A stretch of 64,000 nucleotides of DNA from Camelus ferus (Eukaryota): contig NC_045696.1 of NCBI RefSeq assembly GCF_009834535.1, positions 61,072,001-61,136,000 on the forward strand, in the 5' to 3' direction. The notes below the pieces were generated by a model. The model made no database searches. It was not told the DNA's origin and saw nothing but the letters and a program-made list of their open reading frames with translations. Below, piece by piece: positions 52,501 through 61,061 of this stretch; within the stretch, counting starts at the first letter, position 1; each line of letters opens with the position of its first letter. Position numbers and translations under genes: made by a program.

Positions 52501-55500
52501 GGTCATGGTCACAGGACCATCTCCAAGCCCTAGACAGAGAGAAGCAAGGCCCATGGAAGGTCATGGGTCCTGCCCTTGAGGCTGCAGCCAGAGACTCACG
52601 TAGAGGGAATCCCGGAGAGAGGAGCCGATGGGGAAGCCAATCTGGGGCTTGAAGAGTGGCGAGGTGAAGTCCACCGTCCTCCTGACAAACTCCAGGTCTC
52701 CAGCAGTCGGCCCATAGGGGAAGAGGGAAACTCCTGGGCCGATACAAAGAAGAGCAGGAAGTTCTCAGGGGCCCTGACTTCATTAGGGCTGGCAGAAGTC
52801 CCCCGGGAGTGTCCCCCGGCTACTCCTCCATTCTTGTCCTCTATTTCCCTAAGTGAGAGCCATTAAGGGCTCCTCCCTCTGCCTCTCCACTTGCATTCAA
52901 CCCGTCTTTTCACTTTACCCCTTAAATGGTACTCTCAGCCTTCCCCAGCTTGAAGAAAATCAGGTCCTGCTGTCACAATACCAACAAATTATTCTGCACC
53001 TGTTATGGTACTCATCATTCTTTTAAGGGTTAAAAGACAACATTTTTCCAATACAGTGAAGATGAGTAACTGAAAGATCATTTCACAGAATGAGACTTGT
53101 TTGCTACAATGGTATTTCTCTGTATAAAGTTGAAGAACCCCTAGAATTTGTCATAAGACCCCCCCTAGAGGTCCTTGAGCTCCAGTTGGAGAAATGTTGT
53201 CCTAAAAATTCAACAGATGGGCCTCCTCCTTTCCATACTGGCCGCCCTCCCCTGGTCTTCCTTGGAATCCTGCAGCTGCCTCCAGCAACTTCATCCTCCA
53301 CCCCAGTCACCATAGCACCGTTTATCAGTGTAAATCTAGCCACAGCCTCCCTGGGCCTGTTGTCTGCAAGATCCTTTACACCACAGCCTTGCTTCTCAAC
53401 ACTCTTCACCTTACTTCCCGCAACCCCAAAGGCTTTGGGGATTTCATCCCCATGCAATGCGAAGATTGCTTTTTCCGTCCATGCCAGTTATTCCAGCTGT
53501 TCAGGCACTCCCGCCTGCCTGGGGCACTTCCTCTCCCCAGCTCCTATTCATGCTTTCCAGGAAGCCCCCTCATCACCTTGAACCCCTCCCCTCCCCGGCC
53601 CACATTCCCTCAGAGCCTTCCAAGGTGTGCACCCAATACCCTGGACTTAGTCCTCTAATGGCATCTATTGAGGCAGCAGATCTGTCTCTTGCTAAACAGC
53701 ACCTTGATCATTTCGGTATCTCCAGTTCCCAGCTCAGGACCATGTCTAAAGCCAGCCCTCAGCACCCAACTCTGATGCTGTCTCATTGTCCCCTGTAAGG
53801 CCCTTCTGATTGGAGACAGCAGAGTCTGTGAGCGGGCAGGCTGAGACAAAGCACTCAGTTACCTCACCCTTATCAAGGGGATACGGAGAGTAGCTGGACT
53901 TCCCATGGTCCAGATGCAGCGGTGGAAAGATCCACAGAACTGGTTCCTCCAGCTACCCACAAGAACCCTCATCGGTAGATCCGATCCAGCTGCCAGAACT
54001 ACAACATCTCCATCTAACTCCAACCCCTCCGTCCCAGCTCTACAGAACCACGGACCTTTCTCAGGCGTGATAGGGCCCGGGGCAGCTGTCGAGTGGGTGC
54101 CCGTGGAAGTCCTAGAAGTGGAGGCTGTGAGGCTCTGGGAGGTTGTTGAGGGTAGTGATGTCGTGCTTCTCTTGCTGCCTGTCCTCGGTGAGGTTATGGT
54201 TGTTCCTGGACAGACAGGGAAAGAAGGCTAAGTGGGTCTTACAGTCAGGAAGTATCAGAGATAAAGAGAGACATAGGCTTTAGGAGCTGAAAGAAACAGT
54301 TAGAAAATTGTCTTCTGGTCACACTCAAACCACCCCCTGCAAATCAGCAGTTGTCTCCTGGACAAAGGAGGTGATCAGCTTGTCACCCACCAGACCCCCA
54401 ACACACCAACTTCATCTTCTTGTGGACCTGACTTCCAGCCTGGCAATGCTAACTCACCGTCTTCTCCCAAGCACTCTTCTAGGCTGAACTGAACCAGTTG
54501 GGCCACTGTAAGAGACCAAGTTGCCAGAGTTCCCACCTACCTGATGCTTCAGTATTTATGATGGAGCTTGAGGATGCTGCGGATGGTGGAAAAGTGCTGG
54601 CAACAGACAGAGTAGTGGGGTGACTTGTAAATAGGGCAGTAGAACTCCTGGTGACTGCAGGGCCAGGGGCTGCTTGAGAGAATGAAGAATTAATGGTGGA
54701 AGTATAAAAACTTGATATACTCTGAGTTGTTCCCATATTACTAGAAGACATAGAATCAGAGAAAGCAGACTCTGTGGAGGGCTGTAGAATAGGCAGTGAG
54801 GAAGATACGCTTGTTATAACAGAAGTGAATGTCTCCTGAGGAACGGCTCCCAAAGAAGTATGTCCATTTCTGGAAGATGAATGAGGTGAAGGGTTGACTA
54901 CTGTGAAGTCCCTGGTGTGTTATTTGCTAGTGGTCTCCATGCTCTGAGTCTGGGAGGCCTGAGGAGACGTTGATGTTGTCTCACGAGAAGTGGTGGAAGT
55001 GGGTGAGGTTGATTGTTCCACCAGTCCCCTTTCATGGAGACTGCAGAAGTGACTGGAGGGTTACTGCCCGCTACCAGCATTGATGTGTACCCTGTTCTTC
55101 CTGTGGGGGTGTCAGGTGAACTTTGTGACGTGACCATCTTTGAGGTCATAAGAGATGTGTTGCTTATGCTAGATGGAGATGAAGTTCTGCCTGTTGAGGT
55201 TGGTGCTGTGAGCATCTGTGATGTTGTCCCGGGTGTGTGGATCACACTGGATGGGGATGAAGTGGTTGTCTCACCTGTGGGGTTTGTCCCTGGAGAAATG
55301 CCCAGTGTAGATGTGGGTCCCGCTGTGGATGATGAGGGGGTTGATCTGTTCACGGCTGTGATGGTGCTGGCTTGAGTCTCTGCGGTGGTTTCCAGACTCT
55401 GAGTCTGGGAGGCCTGAGGAGACGTTGATGTTGTCTCACGAGAAGTGGTGGAAGTGGGTGAGGTTGATTGTTCCACCAGTCCCCTTGTCGTGGAGACTGC

Positions 55501-58500
55501 AGAAGTGACTGGAGGGTTACTGCCCGCTACCCGCGTTGATGTGTCCCCCGTTCTCCCTGTGGGGGTGTCCAGTGAACTTTGTGACGTGACCGTCTTTGAG
55601 GTCATTGGAGATGTGTTGCTTACGCTAGATGGGGATGAAGTTCTGCCTGTTGAGGTTGGTGCTGTGAGCATCTGTGATGTTGTCCCGGGTGTGTGGCTCA
55701 CACTGGATGGGGATGACGTGGTTGTCTCGCCTGCGGGGTTTGTCCCTGGAGATAAGCCCAGTGTAGATGTGGGTCCCGCTGTGGATGATGAGGGGGTTGA
55801 TGTGTTCACGGCTGTGATGGTGCTGGCTTGAGTCTCTGCGGTGATTTCCAGACTCTGAGTCTGGGAGGCCTGAGGAGACGTTGATGTTGTCTCACGAGAA
55901 GTGGTGGAAGTAGGTGAGGTTGATTGTTCCACCAGTCCCCTTGTCGTGGAGACTGCAGAAGTGACTGGAGGGTTACTGCCCGCTACCGGCGTTGATGTGT
56001 CCCCTGTTCTTCCTGTGGGGGTGTCCAGTGAACTTTGTGACGTGACCGTCTTTGAGGTCATTGGAGATGTGTTGCTTACGCTAGATGGGGATGAAGTTCT
56101 GCCTGTTGAGGTTGGTGCTGTGAGCATCTGTGATGTTGTCCCGGGTGTGTGGCTCACACTGGATGGGGATGACGTGGTTGTCTCGCCTGCGGGGTTTGTC
56201 CCTGGAGAGATGCCCAGTGTAGATGTGGGTCCCGCTGTGGATGATGAGGGGGTTGATGTGTTCACAGCTGTGATGGTGCTGGCTTGAGTCTCTGCGGTGG
56301 TTTCCAGACTCTGAGTCTGGGAGGCCTGAGGAGACGTTGATGTTGTCTCACGAGAAGTGGTGGAAGTGGGTGAGGTTGATTGTTCCACCAGTCCCCTTGT
56401 CGTGGAGACTGCAGAAGTGACTGGAGGGTTACTGCCCGCTACCGGCGTTGATGTGTCCCCTGTTCTTCCTGTGGGGGTGTCCAGTGAACTTTGTGACGTG
56501 ACCGTCTTTGAGGTCATTGGAGATGTGTTGCTTACGCTAGATGGGGATGAAGTTCTGCCTGTTGAGGTTGGTGCTGTGAGCATCTGTGATGTTGTCCCGG
56601 GTGTGTGGCTCACACTGGATGGGGATGATGTGGTTGTCTCGCCTGCGGGGTTTGTCCCTGGAGAGATGCCCAGTGTAGATGTGGGTCCCGCTGTGGATGA
56701 TGAGGGGGTTGATGTGTTCACGGCTGTGATGGTGCTGGCTTGAGTCTCTGCGGTGGTTTCCAGACTCTGAGTCTGGGAGGCGTGAGGAGACGTTGATGTT
56801 GTCTCACGGAAGAGGTGGAAGTGGGTGAGGTTGATTGTTCCACCAGTCCCCTTGTCGTGGAGACTGCAGAAGTGACTGGAGGGTTACTGCCCGCTACCGG
56901 CGTTGATGTGTCCCCTGTTCTTCCTGTGGGGGTGTCCAGTGAACTTTGTGACGTGACCGTCTTTGAGGTCATTGGAGATGTGTTGCTTACGCTAGATGGG
57001 GATGAAGTTCTGCCTGTTGAGGTTGGTGCTGTGAGCATCTGTGATGTTGTCCCGGGTGTGTGGCTCACACTGGATGGGGATGATGTGGTTGTCTCGCCTG
57101 CGGGGTTTGTCCCTGGAGAGATGCCCAGTGTAGATGTGGGTCCCGCTGTGGATGATGAGGGGGTTGATGTGTTCACGGCTGTGATGGTGCTGGCTTGAGT
57201 CTCTGCGGTGGTTTCCAGACTCTGAGTCTGGGAGGCCTGAGGAGACGTTGATGTTGTCTCACGAGAAGTGGTGGAAGTGGGTGAGGTTGATTGTTCCACC
57301 AGTCCCCTTGTCGTGGAGACTGCAGAAGTGACTGGAGGGTTACTGCCCGCTACCGGCATTGATGTGTCCCCTGTTCTTCCTGTGGGGGTGTCCAGTGAAC
57401 TTTGTGACGTGACCGTCTTTGAGGTCATTGGAGATGTGTTGCTTACGCTAGATGGAGATGAAGTTCTGCCTGTTGAGGTTGGTGCTGTGAGCATCTGTGA
57501 TGTTGTCCCGGGTGTGTGGCTCACACTGGATGGGGATGACGTGGTTGTCTCGCCTGCGGGGTTTGTCCCTGGAGATAAGCCCAGTGTAGATGTGGGTCCC
57601 GCTGTGGATGATGAGGGGGTTGATGTGTTCACGGCTGTGATGGTGCTGGCTTGAGTCTCTGCGGTGATTTCCAGACTCTGAGTCTGGGAGGCCTGAGGAG
57701 ACGTTGATGTTGTCTCACGGGAAGAGGTGGAAGTGGGTGAGGTTGATTGTTCCACCAGTCCCCTTGTCGTGGAGACTGCAGAAGTGACTGGAGGGTTACT
57801 GCCCGCTACCGGCGTTGATGTGTCCCCCGTTCTCCCTGTGGGGGTGTCCAGTGAACTTTGTGACGTGACCGTCTTTGAGGTCATTGGAGATGTGTTGCTT
57901 ACGCTAGATGGGGATGAAGTTCTGCTTGTTGAGGTTGGTGCTGTGAGCATCTGTGATGTTGTCCCGGGTGTGTGGCTCACACTGGATGGGGATGATGTGG
58001 TTGTCTCGCCTGCGGGGTTTGTCCCTGGAGAGATGCCCAGTGTAGATGTGGGTCCCGCTGTGGATGATGAGGGGGTTGATGTGTTCACGGCTGTGATGGT
58101 GCTGGCTTGAGTCTCTGCGGTGATTTCCAGACTCTGAGTCTGGGAGGCCTGAGGAGACGTTGATGTTGTCTCACGGGAAGAGGTGGAAGTGGGTGAGGTT
58201 GATTGTTCCACCAGTCCCCTTGTCGTGGAGACTGCAGAAGTGACTGGAGGGTTACTGCCCGCTACCGGCGTTGATGTGTCCCCCGTTCTCCCTGTGGGGG
58301 TGTCCAGTGAACTTTGTGACGTGACCGTCTTTGAGGTCATTGGAGATGTGTTGCTTACGCTAGATGGGATGAAGTTCTGCCTGTTGAGGTTGGTGCTGTG
58401 AGCATCTGTGATGTTGTCCCGGGTGTGTGGCTCACACTGGATGGGGATGATGTGGTTGTCTCGCCTGCGGGGTTTGTCCCTGGAGAGATGCCCAGTGTAG

Positions 58501-61061
58501 ATGTGGGTCCCGCTGTGGATGATGAGGGGGTTGATGTGTTCACGGCTGTGATGGTGCTGGCTTGAGTCTCTGTGGTGGTTTCCAGACTCTGAGTCTGGGA
58601 GGCCTGAGGAGACGTTGATGTTGTCTCACGGGAAGAGGTGGAAGTGGGTGAGGTTGATTGTTCCACCAGTCCCCTTGTCGTGGAGACTGCAGAAGTGACT
58701 GGAGGGTTACTGCCCGCTACCGGCGTTGATGTGTCCCCTGTTCTTCCTGTGGGGGTGTCCAGTGAACTTTGTGACGTGACCGTCTTTGAGGTCATTGGAG
58801 ATGTGTTGCTTACGCTAGATGGGGATGAAGTTCTGCCTGTTGAGGTTGGTGCTGTGAGCATCTGTGATGTTGTCCCGGGTGTGTGGCTCACACTGGATGG
58901 GGATGATGTGGTTGTCTCGCCTGCGGGGTTTGTCCCTGGAGAGATGCCCAGTGTAGATGTGGGTCCCGCTGTGGATGATGAGGGGGTTGATGTGTTCACG
59001 GCTGTGATGGTGCTGGCTTGAGTCTCTGCGGTGGTTTCCAGACTCTGAGTCTGGGAGGCGTGAGGAGACGTTGATGTTGTCTCACGGGAAGAGGTGGAAG
59101 TGGGTGAGGTTGATTGTTCCACCAGTCCCCTTGTCGTGGAGACTGCAGAAGTGACTGGAGGGTTACTGCCCGCTACCGGCGTTGATGTGTCCCCTGTTCT
59201 TCCTGTGGGGGTGTCCAGTGAACTTTGTGACGTGACCGTCTTTGAGGTCATTGGAGATGTGTTGCTTACGCTAGATGGGGATGAAGTTCTGCCTGTTGAG
59301 GTTGGTGCTGTGAGCATCTGTGATGTTGTCCCGGGTGTGTGGCTCACACTGGATGGGGATGATGTGGTTGTCTCGCCTGCGGGGTTTGTCCCTGGAGAGA
59401 TGCCCAGTGTAGATGTGGGTCCCGCTGTGGATGATGAGGGGGTTGATGTGTTCACGGCTGTGATGGTGCTGGCTTGAGTCTCTGCGGTGGTTTCCAGACT
59501 CTGAGTCTGGGAGGCGTGAGGAGACGTTGATGTTGTCTCACGGGAAGAGGTGGAAGTGGGTGAGGTTGATTGTTCCACCAGTCCCCTTGTCGTGGAGACT
59601 GCAGAAGTGACTGGAGGGTTACTGCCCGCTACCGGCGTTGATGTGTCCCCCGTTCTTCCTGTGGGGGTGTCCAGTGAACTTTGTGACGTGACCGTCTTTG
59701 AGGTCATTGGAGATGTGTTGCTTACGCTAGATGGGGATGAAGTTCTGCCTGTTGAGGTTGGTGCTGTGAGCATCTGTGATGTTGTCCCGGGTGTGTGGCT
59801 CACACTGGATGGGGATGATGTGGTTGTCTTGCCTGCGGGGTTTGTCCCTGGAGAGATGCCCAGTGTAGATGTGGGTCCCGCTGTGGATGATGAGGGGATT
59901 GATGTGTTCACGGCTGTGATGGTGCTGGCTTGAGTCTCTGCGGTGGTTTCCAGACTCTGAGTCTGGGAGGCCTGAGGAGACGTTGATGTTGTCTCACGGG
60001 AAGAGGTGGAAGTGGGTGAGGTTGATTGTTCCACCAGTCCCCTTGTCGTGGAGACTGCAGAAGTGACTGGAGGGTTACTGCCCGCTACCGGCGTTGATGT
60101 GTCCCCTGTTCTTCCTGTGGGGGTGTCCAGTGAACTTTGTGACGTGACCGTCTTTGAGGTCATTGGAGATGTGTTGCTTACGCTAGATGGGGATGAAGTT
60201 CTGCCTGTTGAGGTTGGTGCTGTGAGCATCTGTGATGTTGTCCCGGGTGTGTGGCTCACACTGGATGGGGATGATGTGGTTGTCTTGCCTGCGGGGTTTG
60301 TCCCTGGAGAGATGCCCAGTGTAGATGTGGGTCCCGCTGTGGATGATGAGGGGGTTGATGTGTTCACAGCTGTGATGGTGCTGGCTTGAGTCTCTGCGGT
60401 GGTTTCCAGACTCTGAGTCTGGGAGGCCTGAGGAGACGTTGATGTTGTCTCACGGGAAGAGGTGGAAGTGGGTGAGGTTGATTGTTCCACCAGTCCCCTT
60501 GTCATGGAGACTGCAGAAGTGACTGGAGGGTTACTGCCCGCTACCGGCGTTGATGTGTCCCCTGTTCTTCCTGTTGTGGTGTCCAGTGAACTTTGTGACG
60601 TGACCGTCTTTGAGGTCATTGGAGATGTGTTGCTTACGCTAGATGGGGATGAAGTTCTGCCTGTTGAGGTTGGTGCTGTGAGCATCTGTGATGTTGTCCC
60701 GGGTGTGTGGCTCACACTGGATGGGGATGACGTGGTTGTCTCGCCTGCGGGGTTTGTCCCTGGAGATAGCCCAGTGTATATGTGGATCCCGCTGTGGATG
60801 ATGAGGGGGTTGTTGTGATCACGGCTGTGATGGTGCTGGCTTGAGTCTCTGCGGTGGTTTCCAGACTCTGAGTCTGGGAGGCCTGAGGAGACGTTGATGT
60901 TGTCTCACGAGAAGAGGTGGAAGTGGGTGAGGTTGATTGTTCCACCAGTCTCCCTGTCGTGGAGACTGTGGAAGTGACTGGAGATGTACTTCTCCTGATA
61001 GATATTGATGCGTTGTTTGTTGATGTTAGAGGAGATATTGTTGTGTCCGTTGTCGAAGTGC
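31336..61061 (-). CDS. MUC4: Mucin-4, exons 2-25 (PTS repeats, NIDO, AMOP, vWD with GDPH, EGF-like, TM, short tail); exon 1 not in window
   Basis: 24 exons identified by translation, with GT-AG boundaries and compatible phases; peptides closely resemble MUC4 as I recall it. Confidence 0.97.
32570..32732 (-). CDS. MUC4: MUC4 exon 24, EGF-like
   Basis: NVSTLETYLQCNSYKGYRLVFSPQSGFTCVSPCSEGYCEHGGQCQHLPDGPRC; ag/gtgagt. Confidence 0.95.
34406..34644 (-). CDS. MUC4: MUC4 exon 23
   Basis: DSPAALASGSSVHHWKIISEFQYLPGGPVIDFLNTQLLDAVVEAFL...ISREDVHSVMA; ag/gtgagt. Confidence 0.93.
34741..34805 (-). CDS. MUC4: MUC4 exon 22
   Basis: VAYRLRNLEVRTFLRNREVNQ; ag/gtaagt. Confidence 0.9.
35907..35980 (-). 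CDS. MUC4: MUC4 exon 21
   Basis: LPIRIIQLLLTEDKNASSADVNAS; ag/gtcagt. Confidence 0.9.
36378..36554 (-). CDS. MUC4: MUC4 exon 20, EGF-like
   Basis: CQNKSCPANYCYNYGHCYISQTADCQPACICPPAFTDTRCFLAGNNF. Confidence 0.93.
37516..37675 (-). CDS. MUC4: MUC4 exon 19, Cys-rich
   Basis: VANCMCDENTFGQFCERSSDPCDVPCFQGVKCIPGKGCEACPPHLTGDGRHC. Confidence 0.93.
39188..39369 (-). CDS. MUC4: MUC4 exon 18
   Basis: NGTLLWTPKLLEPFTLEILARSAKDGLSSVLKPRTVVCACKAKSQCLYNQTNWVGNSSLE. Confidence 0.93.
40821..40958 (-). CDS. MUC4: MUC4 exon 17
   Basis: QYPPPIEGLQELKAFTGQTTQVYYASSAENVTFTLRNNGADFKLF. Confidence 0.9.
41420..41945 (-). mobile_element. LINE-2 3' fragment, antisense
   Basis: attcattcagtcactcaataaatatttattg...ggtgacatttgaacagagac. 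Confidence 0.7.
42059..42292 (-). CDS. MUC4: MUC4 exon 16
   Basis: EINGTSLLGKRNDHLPSNFTPVF...CNGDEQCIYDTLAT...NSTL. Confidence 0.93.
42680..42781 (-). CDS. MUC4: MUC4 exon 15, vWD
   Basis: FWNGNPHDDFRMPNGSTIALGSTEETLFHYGMT. Confidence 0.93.
43338..43505 (-). CDS. MUC4: MUC4 exon 14, vWD
   Basis: QVIVNTTGVIMTRNGSMVSANFDGAVTVSVIALSNILHASCSLPEEYQNHTEGLM. Confidence 0.93.
43975..44059 (-). CDS. MUC4: MUC4 exon 13, vWD
   Basis: VQWFLEPNDTIHVRLNNQNVTTTREGAE. Confidence 0.9.
44553..44761 (-). CDS. MUC4: MUC4 exon 12: GDPH cleavage site (44739-44750) and start of vWD
   Basis: WMFGDPHITTLDGANYTFNGLGDFLLVQAQDRNSSFMLQGRTAQTGSAQATNFIAFAA. Confidence 0.96.
45142..45261 (-). CDS. MUC4: MUC4 exon 11, AMOP
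   Basis: QELEAQNWCCRFNDKPSFCALYQLRRPRIGCSGYQPPRP. Confidence 0.94.
46036..46161 (-). CDS. MUC4: MUC4 exon 10, AMOP
   Basis: QLCSFSSWRGGVCCSYGPWGELLEGWRVQSPWQF. Confidence 0.94.
46344..46508 (-). CDS. MUC4: MUC4 exon 9, NIDO end / AMOP start
   Basis: LRGLQVYKLHRKEKPNHRLRCLQSLKRQPQGPSLSCPCSWQQGLWDLRFQPINI. Confidence 0.92.
46988..47018. repeat. (CA)n microsatellite in MUC4 intron 8
   Basis: Direct inspection. Confidence 0.85.
47837..47925 (-). CDS. MUC4: MUC4 exon 8, NIDO
   Basis: GDGYFENSPLTFQPLWERYRPDQFLDSNS. Confidence 0.93.
49458..49588 (-). CDS. MUC4: MUC4 exon 7, NIDO
   Basis: TNTYQAILSTDGSRSYALFLYQSGGMQWDVTQRPGNPVLMGFT. Confidence 0.95.
50656..50811 (-). CDS. MUC4: MUC4 exon 6, NIDO
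   Basis: EYETLYDEYNPLVQGVESQIKMLTDAWIYKAKWTLKVTWVRAPAYPAWRTFG. Confidence 0.93.
51540..51698 (-). CDS. MUC4: MUC4 exon 5, NIDO
   Basis: FTDNGQIIFPEYQIFSDPNPPLGGFTARDPVALVAPFWDDADFSSHRGTVFYQ. Confidence 0.95.
52600..52733 (-). CDS. MUC4: MUC4 exon 4
   Basis: VSLFPYGPTAGDLEFVRRTVDFTSPLFKPQIGFPIGSSLRDSLY. Confidence 0.95.
54056..54205 (-). CDS. MUC4: MUC4 exon 3, Ser/Thr-rich
   Basis: TTITSPRTGSKRSTTSLPSTTSQSLTASTSRTSTGTHSTAAPGPITPEK; 150 nt, phase 1-1. Confidence 0.88.
54541..61061 (-). CDS. MUC4: MUC4 exon 2, large PTS tandem-repeat exon (disrupted as assembled)
   Basis: Acceptor tttatatttaag|GC ACT TCG (GTSTTDTTISP...), donor GCA TCA G|gtaggt; 6521 nt becomes 3n after restoring four 1-nt deletions. 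Confidence 0.85.
54940..60985 (-). repeat. Coding tandem repeat, 456-bp unit (152 aa), about 13 copies plus a partial copy
   Basis: The motif gactctgagtctgggaggc recurs every 455-456 bp from about 55395 to 60864. Confidence 0.97.

Noticed and set aside
54452..54460. Strong gtgagt donor on - as the end of MUC4 exon 2
   Set aside because: An in-frame TAG at 54479-81 precedes it; the donor at 54540 fits phase and homology.
56800..60775. 1-nt deletions at about 56808, 58366 and 60768 as real MUC4 mutations
   Set aside because: Each shortens a short homopolymer run inside near-identical repeats, which is typical long-read consensus error; not counted as evidence of gene loss.
55013..60818. Thirteen repeated Val/Asp/Gly-rich ORFs (mostly about 127 aa) on +
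   Set aside because: They are antisense shadows of Thr/Ser codons in the MUC4 repeat and mostly lack ATG starts.
54940..60985. Regular array as a CRISPR or satellite
   Set aside because: No unique spacers; the units are coding mucin repeats in a mammalian exon.
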